Assembly (NCBI GenBank): GCA_013239625.1
Contig: MU054220.1
Span: forward strand, 186,001-250,000
Direction: 5' to 3'
DNA from: Lama guanicoe
Lineage: Eukaryota
DNA: 64,000 nucleotides
The notes beneath the pieces were generated by a model. That model was not told where the DNA came from and searched no databases. It saw only the letters and a list, made by a program, of their open reading frames with translations. Made by a program: the position numbers and the translations under genes. Below, in pieces: positions 11,467 to 25,225 of this stretch (position 1 is its first letter; each line of letters opens with the position of its first letter).

Positions 11467-12417
11467 ATGCAGAATGTCACCGAAGTCACTCTGTTTGTAC
11501 TGAAGGGCTTCACAGACAAGCCTGACCTGCAGATCTTCCTGTTTTCCCTGTTTCTAGTGATCTACCTGTTTACTCTGATGGGAAATTTAGGACTAGTTGT
11601 GTTGGTCACCAGGGCTTCCCGGCTGCACAACCCCATGTACTATTTTCTGAGTCTGTTATCATGCATGGATGCCAGCCTTTCCTCAGTAATTATCCCAAAT
11701 ATGTTAGTAGATTTTATGTCAAAAAATAAAGTCATTACATTCTTTGAATGTGCAGCCCAGATGTTTCTCATTGTTACTTTAGGGACCACAGAATGCTTCC
11801 TCTTGGCCGCAATGGCATATGATCGCTACGTTGCAATCTACAAGCCCCTCCTGTATTCAGTGCGCATGGCACCCAGGGTCTATGTGCCACTCATCACTGC
11901 TTCCTATGTTGGTGGCATTGTGAATGCTTCTGTGCACACAGTGGCCACATTTAGCCTGTCCTTCTGTGAGTCCAATCAAATTAGACACGCCTTTTGTGAC
12001 ATCCCCCCTCTCCTCGCTCTTTCTAGCTCTGACACTCGCACAAACCAGCTTCTACTCTTCTCCTTCGTGGGCTCTGTTGAGGTAGTCACTATCTTGATTA
12101 TCCTGATCTCCTATGGCTTCATTCTGCTGGCCATCCTGAGGGTGCATTCTGCTGAAGGGAGGAGGAAAGCCTTTTCTACGTGTGACTCTCACCTAACTGC
12201 AGTGTCAATTTATCATGGAACCATCCTCTTCATGTACGTGAGACCGAGTTCCAGCTACTCCTTGGACCATGACATGATAGTGTCTGTATTTTACAGCATC
12301 GTGATTCCCATGCTGAATCCAATCATTTATAGTTTAAGGAACAAAGATGTTAAAGAGGCCATGAAGAGAGTGTTTGGGAAACTTTGGTTTATCAATAAAG
12401 TGTATTTTTCAAATTAA
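11467..12417 (+). CDS. Olfactory receptor, OR5T subfamily, 316 aa
   Basis: Full OR motif set ([34 protein letters not shown]). Inverted paralog of 3029-3976. Confidence 0.95.
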   Translation: MQNVTEVTLFVLKGFTDKPDLQIFLFSLFLVIYLFTLMGNLGLVVLVTRASRLHNPMYYFLSLLSCMDASLSSVIIPNMLVDFMSKNKVITFFECAAQMFLIVTLGTTECFLLAAMAYDRYVAIYKPLLYSVRMAPRVYVPLITASYVGGIVNASVHTVATFSLSFCESNQIRHAFCDIPPLLALSSSDTRTNQLLLFSFVGSVEVVTILIILISYGFILLAILRVHSAEGRRKAFSTCDSHLTAVSIYHGTILFMYVRPSSSYSLDHDMIVSVFYSIVIPMLNPIIYSLRNKDVKEAMKRVFGKLWFINKVYFSN

Positions 12418-12679
12418 CGATTAAATTGAAACAAATGAAGAATGATGTTCTTTGTCGCCATATCAAGAAGTTATGATAAAATGGCTTTAGTGTAGTAATC
12501 TCTCCATTCTTTTTAGACATCTTTATATAAAGATCATAGTCAAACCTCCACCTCTGCACTTTCCACACAGGCAGAAAAAATGAGTCTTCCATTTGCTTCT
12601 AACTTAATTCACTCAGATACACAGACACATAGACAGATGGGTACAGATAGGCAGATACTGACTGCATCAGTGCAATAGT

Positions 12680-12990
12680 ATGAGTGCTGACACAGCAAAG
12701 TATGGCAGGCTAGTGGCTTAAACAATTAAGACTTATTTCTCACTATCCTAGAGTCCACAAGTCTGAGTTCAGGGTGAAGCCAGAGCTGCCTTCTGCAGTC
12801 TTGGTCTTTGGGTTCTCAACTGCAATCTCCCTCGCCCTGTGTCTTCACATATTCTTTTCTCTCTGTGTGTCTATTGCATTAGAGTCCATCCTAAAGGTTT
12901 CATTTTCACTTAATTACCATCACAAAGACCTTATCTCCAGACACAGTCACATTCTGTGGTACAAGGATTAGAATTTGAACACATGAATGC
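12680..12990. mobile_element. MaLR LTR (MLT1-like)
   Basis: 'gtggcttaaacaattaagacttatttctcac...aagtctgagttcagggtg...cacattctgtggtac' resembles MLT1 LTR text. Confidence 0.7.
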
Positions 12991-15900
12991 TGGCACATAT
13001 CCTCTGTTTATTTACACACACACAGTCACATATGCATGTTCTCTTTTCTTTAAAATGTATGGTATTAACTTTCATCTCAGTGCAAGCTAAGTTGGATAGG
13101 ATTCCAAGTTGCAATTGCAAGTAACTTTATAATTATATTTGACAAGCTTGAGCAAATACCACCCAATTGATAGCAAACCTATAGCTGACATACCCCTGTA
13201 CCACTTTCCATGGAATCATTGATTTGGACTCCAGTTTAAAGCACTTTTCTCCATCCTTAGATCTACGCATGGGCATCAATCTAATCCCAGCCAGTGAGTC
13301 AGGGATCAGAGATATGTGTTCCAATTCCTAGTTTCAGTGCCGTGATGCTTGTGAGGGTACCTTTCTCTTGTTTTTATTTGTTCATCCAGAGCATGTACAT
13401 TAAACTCATTCTATAATTTTCCACAGGATACAGAGGCTAGGCATTAGCATTTATCAAGATTATACTTAAACTCAAGAATGACAAACCAAGCGCAATTTAC
13501 AGGGTAAGGTATATCTGCTCTTGGATTTGGCTCTTTCTGAACTAAGCCCCTCTGCATCTTCCTGGGTTTCCCTACAGGTCTGATCCAGACTCAGCTTTGC
13601 TCTCTTTTCCTTTGGCCCTTACCCCTCTGTGATGTCTTTGCAGATGCCACCGCTCCTCATCGCTCAGGCTTAAGAACCAACGTACAGAAATCATCCCTAC
13701 TACGCTCACTTTTACTTCTGCTTCCAGCAAGACTCAGTTTTATTGCGAGGATATGTGCCCTTCAAAGATCACTTTTCCTTAATTTCTTCCTTCTTCCCTT
13801 CCCTTCTTTCTTCTTTCTTTCCTTCTTTTACATTCCTCCATTATTATTATTTGCATTTTGTGAAAACCCTTTTGATTCCAGTCTTAGAACATAGAATACA
13901 ACCTACATATATTTCCCTAAAGTGGGATTACTAAGTTTAAGAACGACTTGACAGTATAAACAGAGAGCATTTCTTGACGAAACATATTCTTCCCAATTTT
14001 TCCGCATTTTTTTTTTCCTATTTGGAAAGCTCTCCCCACTGCTATTCACACGATTCTTTCCTTTAAATCGCTCTTCTTAGTGAAGACCTTATTTGACAGT
14101 TTACCTGCTTTATATCTCCTCACATTCCTTGTTTATTAAATGCACCGTTTCATTTTTAATTATTTTGCATAATATGCAGTTTAATTTCTATTTGATTTGT
14201 CTAATCTATTTTCCAGAGTCTAGAACAATGCCTAATACATATTGTTCCTCATAAATATTCCCTTAATTAATGAATATTATAGGTTAGAAACTGTGAAACT
14301 ATTTTTTTAAATTCAACTGAGGGACATTTGTAAAACAGATAACATTTTCTGTGTCAATGTTAGTTATTGTTTAGATTTTCTGGTTTATTATTTCCTTTAA
14401 ATATTTTCCTCTTCTTTCCATTAGTCTATTTTGCCCTTCTTTTCTAGTCTTCTGAATTGGATATGAATTTTCCAAGGAACGCTATGGCAGTGACAGCCCC
14501 CATTTTTTAATATGTCATATTTTTGCTATCAATCTATTTGCTGTTTTTCTTATTTCTCTTTGAATTGGAAGTGGTTTAGTAGCTTATCTTTAAATGCCTA
14601 ACTGAAATTCTTTTTATTTGTAACTGAAAATGTTTTTATTTGTCATTCATTTCTAGACAGAATAAAATGTTTAAATATTCTGAATTTAGAGCATTGTTTT
14701 CACTAATTATGGCAGATTTTGTAAATACTGCAAGTACTCTTGAAAAGAAACTGAATTCTCTCTTATTTATGGTCACAGCTTAATATCTATCTATTAATTT
14801 CTATAAAATAATCATATTTAATGAGTGCTTTAAGTTTCTGTGCCCTCTTCAATGTTTTCTTGATTAAAAATTTTAATTGATGTGTATTAGGCTTCCCTAA
14901 TGTGGGTATGATTCCATGTATTTTTGTCTTTTCATTTCCTCTATGAGAAGCTTCCTGTTTTAGTATACTTGTTGTTACATGACTCTTTGCACAGATAACA
15001 CTTACCTTTTAGTTTTCATTATGAACTGAAATTCACCAATACAAAGTATCCTTTTTTGTTTATTTTAATCTTTTCTGCAGTCTTCATTTTTGACATTAAA
15101 ATGACAACCAACGTTTTGTATCCCTATGTATTACCTAAACGTGCATTTTCCTATACATTTATTTTTAACTTTCTGAAACAATTTTTAATATATTTAGCTT
15201 AAAAAACTATCCAGAAAGTCTTATTCTAAAGATACGTTATGTGCAAATATATACTGTATTTTGAATCAACATACTATGCTGATAGGTTGGATGTGAGATA
15301 TGTGAGAGAAAGAGAAAATTTCAGGATTATTTCTATGTATTTGCCTAAGTGATTACAAAGATGGCTTCTCTTTACATACGATTAACATTTAGATATTGTT
15401 GGTATCTACCTGCAAGTTATCTTGTGAAGATAAACCATGTTAATTATATCTCTAAAACCCTTTGAACATTGTCTGGCACATAGTAAGTGCTTAGCAAAGT
15501 ATGCTATCACCATTATATCTTTCAAATTTTTTTGAGGCAAACACAGCTGCTTATGTTTCTGACATGCTCTATTCTTGTCTTATTTTCTTGATCATATTTT
15601 TATTAAATAGCATTTTGGCATGGCACCATGAAAAAGAGTATTATGTTGTAAGTTACTTCAGACTACATTTTACATAAACCATGATACACACTAATGTAAC
15701 AAGGAGTGTTCAGGGAAAATGCAGATAGTCCAAATCGTTCTTATCACCCATGATTTTTTTAAAAAACTATGTGTAATGGTATAATAGCCATGGTTTCTAA
15801 ACTGAATTGTGTAGTCTTTAGTTAATTAGAATTTAGTTGAATTTAATTGTAATTTTCTCTACTTAAGTGTAGTCCACAAAGTCATAGAATCTGCAGACCA

Positions 15901-17349
15901 TATTTGCCAACACAAACCAACGGGATACATTTCCTAATCATATAAATAATTGAAAGCAAAGTAAAAGCATAGTTTATAAAAAAGACTAGGAAAATGAAAA
16001 GAGCTGTAAAAGTATGAAACGACATAATGCTCATAAAAGATGAGAGAGGAGCCAAAGAAGCATAATTTAAACAGTCGCAAGACAAAACAAATAGCATTAG
16101 CTATAAATACAGAGTCTAGACAGCATGGATATCAGAGCAAAAATAAGTCATAATAGGTTTAAATGGCATTCGTATTGGATGAAGAAATATTTAAAATAAA
16201 TTAAGTAAAGGAAAATGATGTACATTTAAAAGACTTGAATAAATTAGTTGACAGTTTGAATCTGTAAACAATTTTTAAAAATTAACTCCTAAAAAATTTG
16301 CACTGTCACATTTTATTTTTAATATTTAACAAATATTTAAGAAAAAGAATCAACTATAATTTTATAGAGAAAACAATATAAATTTCAAAAAATAAAATAG
16401 TTATAATCATTTTTTAATAAAAGCAATCTGTATAGTTACCAAAGTTTACACACAAAAATATCTAATACTTGGGAAATAAGAAAAATATGTTCTTAAATAA
16501 CCTTTAAATAGCAAAGAACATGAAAGTTCCAATTGTAGATTATATAGAAGAAAAATTCAAAAATAAAGGAAATTTTAGCATATTATCTGACTAAAGTTTA
16601 TGAATTGCCACAGAGTCTGAATACATTGTAAATTCATAGCTTTACAATTTATCTTTGTTAAAAATTTTAAAGTAAATGAGTCAAACATTTAATTCAATAT
16701 TTAATTTAATGATTATAACAAACCTACAGAAATCAGGAGAAAGGCAATGATTTTTTTTAAAAACATATACAAAATTCCAACAAAGAAGCAGTTTACTGAA
16801 GCTTGCTGACACACCACACAAAGGTTAGCTTTTTAAATGTTTTCAGGTAGCCACCATTATATGCAGATTTAATGTGATGAATTCACAAACATGTCATGTC
16901 CAAAGAATTGCAAAATGACAGTCTGAATTTTTCTCATGTGCAAAGAACACATTCAGTTTAGGTCCCAATGACAAAGGAATAATCAATGGTTAAACCTGTA
17001 AGTGTACACAGAATGCTTCAAAAAACTACATAGGAAATAACAGAAATATTGCTTAAGTATTGAATATATACATATACATACATGACTCTCCATCTGGAAG
17101 AACATGTACACAGCTGTTAATACCTCTTAGGACATTTACATTCTTTTAAATTTTTCAGTATTTTTCAAATTTTCTCGAATGGTAACATATACCATTCTAA
17201 ATCCAAAATTGTGAAGTGCTGTTTTTCCTTTGCCTTTTGTGTTTTTGTCCTTTAAATCAATCAACAGTAATTTGTAAAACAGAAGGGAATATTCTTTAAG
17301 AAAAAAGCCTATGTGTATTAAAAATACTCAGGAAAGTGAGTGTTGTGAT

Positions 17350-17590
17350 TATGATGGCCAGCATTTATTGGTACCGCCTTGAATGTTTTATATCCATTAT
17401 CGGATATAATCTTTATATTAACTATATGGACGTGGAATAGTTACTTATCTCATGTGGTCAAGGACACTAGAGACTGAAGAGTTGCAGTGATTTATTAAGG
17501 GTTATGCAGCTAAAAGGACAGCAGATCTAGAGTCTGAATTCTGGAGTGTTTGCTTCTAAAGCAAATGCTCATAATCACTCTGCTATGTTG
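17350..17590 (-). mobile_element. MIR SINE, degenerate
   Basis: MIR core-like text 'gagactgaagagttgcagtgatttattaagggttatgcagcta...tctgaattctggag...gctcataatcact'. Confidence 0.6.
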
Positions 17591-17995
17591 CTTCTCTATA
17601 AAATATGAAATAATCGATAAAACTGTTATCATTGTTCCCCCAATGGAGCTTTTTTTCCGTAATGAAATTCTCTGAAGTTGGAGTACGCATGGGAATTTGT
17701 ACGATACAGTTTAAAGATGACAACTATATTTTGTTTTGTTTTGCAAATCAGTTGCCCATAAAAGCACAAGTATTTAAACCATAGATTTAACATTTCATAG
17801 TTTCCAATTACCATGTGAATTTCTAAAGGCATATATACCTGGAAATGCCCAGATCATAAATGGTCAAGCAAAAGATAGTGCAACAGAAGAAAAAAAAAAA
17901 TTAAAGGATTCTACTGTCTCTGGAAAGAGAGCAAGGAAATACACTGTAGGAAAGAAAAAAAATATATAGATGAATTTAAAAGTTTAGCATCACTG

Positions 17996-18943
17996 TTATT
18001 TTAATTGCCTGGACCCATCTCTCTTCTGAGTGACTCTACAGAGAGCATTTTTTACTTCTTTGTTCCTGAGACTATAAATGAATGGATTCAGCATGGGGAC
18101 CACAATGGTATAAAAAACAGAAGCCACTTGATCCTTTCCCAAGGAGTAAGATTTACTTGGCTTCAAATAAGTAAAAATCGTAGTGCCATAAAAGATGGTG
18201 ACTCCCAGGAGATGCGAGCCACAAGTAGAAAAGGCTTTTTGCTTTCCGGAAGTGGAAGTACTTTTCAGGACAGTAGACAGGATGAACACATAGGACACAG
18301 ATATTGTGATAAGAGACACCACTAGGGTGGTGCCAGAGACAATGAATATCATGACTTCGATGTCATGTGTGTCAGTGCAGGACAGGGCTAAGATTGGGTA
18401 TGTGTCACAGAAGAAGTGCTGGATTATATTGGATTCACAGAAATGCAATCTGCTTATGCAAAGGACATTGACAAAGGAGTCTAGAAAGCCAATCAAATAG
18501 GACCCAAGGATGAGGAAGCAGCAGCGTCTCAGGGACATAACTACGGGGTAATGCAGAGGGTTGCAGATGGCTACATAGCGATCATAGGCCATTGAGGAGA
18601 GAAGGAAACATTCAGTGGCAGCCAGGAAGACGAAGAAGTACAACTGGGTGAAGCAGTTCATCCGTGAAATAGACTTGGCGGAGGTCAGTAAGTTCTCTAA
18701 GGTTTTAGGGGTGATGACAGTTGAGTAACTGAGGTCAAGGAATGAGAGGTGACTGAGGAAAAAATACATGGGGGTGTGAAGCTGGAGATCCAGGCGGATT
18801 ACCAGTATCATCCCCGCATTCCCCAACATGGTGATCAGGTACATCAGGAGAAACAGAGTGAAGAGGGCCAGCTGGATCCCCGCAGAATCTGTCAGCCCCC
18901 GAAGGATGAAGCTGGACACTTGCGTGTTATTCCTTCCATCCAT
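17996..18943 (-). CDS. Olfactory receptor, OR8H subfamily (OR8H1-like), 315 aa from the ATG at 18943
   Basis: GRNNT N-terminus, [46 protein letters not shown] resemble OR8H. The ORF-track start at 18952 is TTG, so the first ATG is 18943. Confidence 0.95.
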   Translation of the reverse strand: MDGRNNTQVSSFILRGLTDSAGIQLALFTLFLLMYLITMLGNAGMILVIRLDLQLHTPMYFFLSHLSFLDLSYSTVITPKTLENLLTSAKSISRMNCFTQLYFFVFLAATECFLLSSMAYDRYVAICNPLHYPVVMSLRRCCFLILGSYLIGFLDSFVNVLCISRLHFCESNIIQHFFCDTYPILALSCTDTHDIEVMIFIVSGTTLVVSLITISVSYVFILSTVLKSTSTSGKQKAFSTCGSHLLGVTIFYGTTIFTYLKPSKSYSLGKDQVASVFYTIVVPMLNPFIYSLRNKEVKNALCRVTQKRDGSRQLK

Positions 18944-19189
18944 AGTGTTCAAATGCTATAAACTGTTGAGAAATCAAAGCTAATACTTAACAGGAAGTAT
19001 GTCAAAAAGATTTGGGTTTATATGAATGCCATGACATTTATATTAGTTTAGTGTTTATAGAATGTGACAATAATACAGTGTACAGAGTATGGAGATAAAA
19101 TCCTTAATTTGATTGAAAATATAGGAATAGGTATAAAGTGAAATTTGGATAAAATATAATAAAAGTTAATATAGTGGTTAATTATAATA

Positions 19190-19400
19190 ACCCTGATACT
19201 ATTTAAATGCTTCCTGTTATTAATGCATTTAATCTCCATAAAATTATTATATCATAGGTAGTACATGTAGCCACATTTTTCAGGTGAGAAAAAGGCACAG
19301 AGAATATAGATAACTTATTCAGAGTCAGTTATTCAATATTGACTCTGGAATTCTAACAAGATCGATTAACTCCAGAGAGCATGCTCATAACACTATGTTC
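19190..19400 (-). mobile_element. MIR SINE, degenerate
   Basis: 'ccacatttttcaggtgagaaaaaggcacagaga...taacttattcagagtca' resembles the MIR core. Confidence 0.6.
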
Positions 19401-21140
19401 CTATTTACAATTAATTTCAGAAAACCTGATGGATAAATTCTAGGTACATAATAAACAAAGACAGAACAATTGTTTTAATGCATCATGTATTGTCCTCTTG
19501 TTTACAATTTTATTTAATACAAGATGACAAATTTCAACCCTAGAGGACTCTAGTAAGGTGTATTAAAATTTTAGATCCCATATTAGTATTAATTTCTGAA
19601 ACATATGAAGTTTTCAAAGCTTGACCCTTCAAAACAATTTTTTTCTGAAAATATGCACATTGCTTGTAAACCCTGGTTACATCCATTCTGTATCTCCGAT
19701 TCCATGAATCCTGGCGTTACTGCAGGGTAAGGTCTACATGCTGTATGTACACATGCTCTTCTGGTTCTGTCCCCATTTTATTTGATCCTGACTAAAACCT
19801 TCTAATTTTGAGAACAATACTCACTGTGAGCCAATGTTGGTGAAAAAGTATCATCTTCCAATATTATCTGTCTAGAAACATGTCAACCTCAAATTTTTCT
19901 CACAAATAAAATGTGAGAACCATTTAAGTTGAAAATTTCTGTAATACAGTATTTGTTTCTTTGAAGATAAGTTCTTTTTAAATTTTAGTGCATTAATTTA
20001 GTTTTATTCTGGGGTGAAAAAGAAATCCACCTAGAAATTTTGTTCAGGTCCTGATCAAATGTAAAATTTGCCAAGAAGTTATGTCTCAAAAGAATATCAG
20101 CGATCCACTGTGCATGTGAGCAGAGCAGAGTATGGCTGGCCTCTCACCCTGATGATGCCAGGGTACCTCATATACTGGAGACTGATGATAATGCAACATT
20201 TACTCATCCCTGTGGATCAATTTTCAAGGAAGACTGCTTGGCAGGATTCCAAGGACAAAAGTTTGAGGATTACCTGCAGCTCTGCTGGGTTTTGATAAGC
20301 TAGTAGTCTTTTCCCTTGGAAGCCACACAATGAAGAGCCTAATGGTTTGTGCTTCCTTTGTGATGCTCTAAATTTATGTCTAGGGTGGTAGAGAAACTAT
20401 TTCTAGAGAAATAATTATCCTATGACTGAAGCCATCAGGGATGGAAAGATACATTTTTCATAAGGAAGTTTTATATTTTAGTGTGTGATGCTATTAAATG
20501 AGTAAATATATTCATTAAAACAAAATTAGAATATAACAAAATTCAAAGAATGGTAAGAAAACAATCAAAACTGCTGTAACATTTTGATAAATTTCTCCCA
20601 ATAAATTTTTACATTTATAGAATGTTTATTTGCATACCTCTAGACTTGCATAACTATTATGAGCCTGTATATTCAGTACCCATCCTCATTTTATAACTAA
20701 AATTTCATAACAAACTACTACCAATGTTATATTAGTCTTTCATAAAACCGATCATTTCATGTATTATGCATTGATTGATAGTCCATGACTAATTTCCCTC
20801 TAGAAATGTTCATCAGATGTCACTGATTTTATTGACTATTATTTATACAAGATGAGGAAACAAAAGAAGGCTCTAAAAAGGATTAGACTGAGAATCAGAT
20901 TAAAATAGCCTTGTGAATCTTTCATTAATTCATGATAATACAATCAAGTTTCATGTAGATTTAAAGATGATTCTTACAGGAAAGTTTGCTCATACTCCTG
21001 CATTTCAGGAGATAATTAGTTGGTATGGATAAAGAAGGTAATTTTGCATATATTGTATCTTTGATGAACTTTGGAAGGGCAATTTTACTCATCAAAAGTT
21101 AGTGCTGCTCAAACATGTGTCAAATAATATTCATATTTTA

Positions 21141-21598
21141 TGAGAAGGCAAGACAAATTTAAACAGAAAAAATGTTCTCTGCCCTTTGGCCTCGTCTCTC
21201 CTCACACTGTGCATTGTATATATGCAAAGTGCTTTGGCCAAACCTCCCCCATCGGCAGAAACACCTGCTCAACCATAAAGAGCAATATTCTCCTAGTGTC
21301 AATAAGAAAACTTCTTAAAATATAATATTCCTTCTTGATCCTGTTAGGGGCCATGGCGACCCATGCCCCACTACTCGCTTTGTATGCTGAGATCTGGGTT
21401 GTGTAAACTGTCAATAATATGTTATTTAATGTACAGTCCTCTGTTTCAAAAATTTCTATTACTGTCCTTTGATTTCTAATGGGTGGAACAGTTCTTGGAG
21501 CTTTCTGAGAGGCTGTTTCCAGGTTATAATCCTCAATTTGGCTTGAATAAAATTTTTCATCTATTTCTTAGATTGACTGATTAATTTTTCATCAACAC
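21141..21598 (+). mobile_element. ERV-type solo LTR
   Basis: Starts TG and ends CA, with AATAAA near 21546 preceded by LTR-like 'gaggctgtttccaggttataatcctc'. Confidence 0.65.
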
Positions 21599-22129
21599 AG
21601 GCTTATTTGGAGATTAAGAGGCCAGCATAAACCTATTTGATACTAGGTAACTTTAGGAGTTAAGCCAAAAGAGAGACTAATGGTAATTTCCAATGTAAAT
21701 GACACCTCAGTAACCATGGTGATTGCAAAATTACCAGGAGCAGTTTTTCTTGCTAAATATTTTCCCAATCTTGAACCCATTTTGTCCATGTTTAGTCTTG
21801 TTTATGATTTCAGGCTATTCTTATACCATTTATTGTGTCATCACAGAAATGAAAGTCTGATCAGAGATTTTAAATCTTTTTTGATTTAATGATGATATAG
21901 TTTAATTCCTTAGCTCATTACAGCTTTAAGTATGCATATACATATATATATATTTTTTTCTTTCTCTCCTGGGTGATTCTAGTTATTTTCATTTGCTTTT
22001 TCCATTGACACATGAAAGAATGATTCTTCTTACTTTTTTGGATAGGTGCTATTAAATTATCTTTTTGCTTTCTAATTAACTAATGGTTACCTGTTTTATC
22101 TCTTTTTCCCTTACTTTATTAGATTTATG

Positions 22130-22657
22130 GGGGACAACAAATAATTTTCCTTCTACCCTTCTAGGTTTTTAACTGAGACCCACTCTCTGTAATAAAAAAC
22201 AAAATAAGAGGAGAAAAACAAACAGAAATTTAATAACATGTATACCCCCTATAAACATGGGACACACCCAGGACAACTGAGGAACATCCTCCCCAAATGG
22301 CCCAGTCCACCACCTTAAGTACCATCTTCACTTAAAGACACAAGAAGATGTTGGCAGGAGGATAGCAACCAGGAAGAACATTGGAAAGAAGAGTATGTTT
22401 GTTAATGCATATTCAATTTCCTGCCTTCTTCATTGATAAGAGTTTCTAGAGATTTAGGCACCTTTCTCTTCCTGGTACGGAGACATCCTTACAAATGGAG
22501 ATATCTTTTTTAAATGTAAATGTCTATTACAAAAACATCATTTCTATTTAATTTTCAGAGCTTCTCCTGTGTCTATTGCTTCTTGAAAATAACCGGCTCA
22601 AGATAACCTTTATGGCACAGAGGCATAGTTTGGCATAGGAAATTCTGTTCCCCTTCA
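22130..22657 (-). mobile_element. ERV1 LTR (MER31/MER34-like)
   Basis: Reverse complement begins TGAAGGGGAACAGAAT..., and the body is LTR-like. Confidence 0.6.
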
Positions 22658-23819
22658 AACTGAATCCTGTTTTTTCTCTAGTACCTGTTAATATATACTT
22701 GTTTTATTTTCTTTTTGATACCTGTTTAATAACACAGGAATTTAATATCTGCATTATTCATCTGAGTGTTACTTTAATTTTAATTTATATGTAGAGATAT
22801 TAATTATTACCATTGTCATATAGTATACAGGTAATTTAAAGATAAATTTAAAATGTTCCTACTTGACTAAGAGCAATTCAACATTTTAAAAAAAATTTGT
22901 TCTTAATTTTCAAGCTGAAAGATCTATATTTTTAACCTTTAAATATCAATTTTAAATTTTATTGCATTGCAGTCAGAAAATGTGACTCCTTTAAGTTAAA
23001 TTTTGTAAATTTATTGAAATTGATGGGTTAATTGAAACCATTAGTATAAATGATTCATTGAAGCTGGGAAAAAAAGTCAAATGGTGATATGAAGTCTGGC
23101 CTTATCCACTACAGTGTTATAGATTACAAATTCTCAGCTAGATTGAAACAAACAAACAAAAAAACAGTACAAAAATTAGTGATATGTTAGAGGGTAAAAA
23201 ATCCTATAAAAATAAATACAACGTAAAACAGCTTAGAGGATGGGGGTTCTGGAATACAGGCATGAGGAAACAATCAGAAATAATATAATCAAGATAGGTT
23301 GAAATAAAAAAGTTGGAATTTAAGCAAAGATTTGAAGGAGGGAAGAGTTGGTCATGCAGGTTCATGGTAGGAAAGTGATTCAGATAGGGGATCATCCATG
23401 CCAAGGCCTTGTGCAGAGAACAGTCCATAAAATTTGAGGGACAGAAAGGAGTATCTAGTAAGAGTGTTATCCTATGATGAGAGGGGTGACAGGAGCAGTA
23501 TTTGTACGTCAGTGGTGGTAAGTGCTGTGGAGGAAAACAAGTGGGGAGGATGCACAGAGACAGTTGGAGTTTTTCTTCTAAAAATACGTTTCTTCAAAGA
23601 AATCTTCAGTGATCAGGTCACACTGAAAGAACTGAAGTAGAAAATTATACAGATATCTAGAGGAAGTGGTAAACAGGCAAATGTAATAAAAAATGTTTGA
23701 TGGAAATACTTTATCCTAATGTTTTGCATCACTTTATTATGGTAAAATTTGTGTAAAAAATATAATATACTGGAGTTTGTATGTTGATTCACTGATAATC
23801 TGTCTTTTTAGAGGAATTT

Positions 23820-23980
23820 ATTACACTTTATAAATATATTTTATTTTTATAGATATATAATGTGTATTATATATTATATATCTATTATATATTATTTAAT
23901 GATATATAATATATATTTATATTTTATAAATATAAAATTATTAATTTTTCTCTAATATATTTATATTTATTTCTATACTT
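23820..23980. repeat. AT-rich low-complexity tract
   Basis: Almost entirely A/T with degenerate (TA)n and (TAT)n. Confidence 0.85.
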
Positions 23981-24687
23981 TCTTTTTCTGAGATGTATTT
24001 TTTCTTTCTTATTTACTTTCTTTAGCTATTTTTAGATAGATTTTTTTACCATCCCCTTCCCCCATATTTTGAAAAGGCAAATATCCTATGCAGTCCTATG
24101 TTATTTTACACTACTTTCTCCAATTCTCAGATAATAATCTGGAATTCATTTCTGAATGGATCTCTAATTTTTGTGTAATGGCACAAGAGTAAGTCTGACT
24201 CTACCTGCTATCAGAAAGCCAGTCTTTTATTTTCATGGAGGAATTCGTTTCTTTAGAAATTTCTGCAAAACTTCTTAAAAATAAAACAAGTTAAGAAACA
24301 ATTTTATTTCTTTCTTTATTTTCATAGAAAAAGGTGGTGCAAGGTGGTGAAATGGAACACAATCTTAAGGAACACAAATGGTGAACGGGAACATGACAAA
24401 GGCACTACAGCTTTACTAGACTGAATGAACACTAGTCAGATAGAACTCCTGACCTTAATGAATCTGTCACCATGCTCCGTAAGCAAACAAAAGGAAAGTA
24501 AATATTTACTTACATATTTCATATGTGATGCATTTGCTACACGTTTTCTTATGGAGCACAAATCTGAATAAGGAAACTTCTCTCAAAGAGTGAAGAACAG
24601 TTCTCTCAATCTTGGACAGAAAGAACCATGATAAGCACACACATTTTCTTTTAAAAGCGGCTCATCAAATTAATCTTCAGTTTCTTA

Positions 24688-25225
24688 TGTTACCCCAAAA
24701 AGTAAAGACCCCAGTTCTTGTCATACTCGAAAGATAAGCTTACAGTTGGGAGATGGTGCGTTGTGTAGCAAAAGATTTTAAAAGATTTATTCAGAAAAGG
24801 AAAAGTGCACCTCCAAGGACAGGAGGCGGGCTGCCCCAGGGGAGGAAAAATCGTTGGCTTTTGTCCGCGCTTTCCCTCATGTCCTCACTCAGAGGTGGCC
24901 TTTTGATTGATGGACGGCTTTTGTCTCTGGAGTGCTTGGTCATGTTTGGCCCCTTTGTGCACGTCCTTACCCATGGTGCACACCCCATAGGAGGTGGTAA
25001 ACAGCACTGTTAATTATAATACAATGAGCACTGGGTCATGTCTGGTTAAGTTCTATCCGCTACTATGCAGTCAGGGCTGTCGGGTCCTAACCGGTTTCTT
25101 GCTGGCACTCATTTAGAAAAAATAACTCCCTTTATGCTGGAGGCGGGCATAATGCCATTCTCCAGACCATCCTCCCTCTCCCCCACCCATCTGCCTGGTG
25201 CCCCCACTTATCTAACCACTTGACA
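24688..25225 (-). mobile_element. Relatively young ERV solo LTR (about 540 bp)
   Basis: TG...CA ends, near-TSD CTTA/CTTC, minus-strand AATAAA near 24785, GC- and CpG-rich compared with the flanks. Confidence 0.7.
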
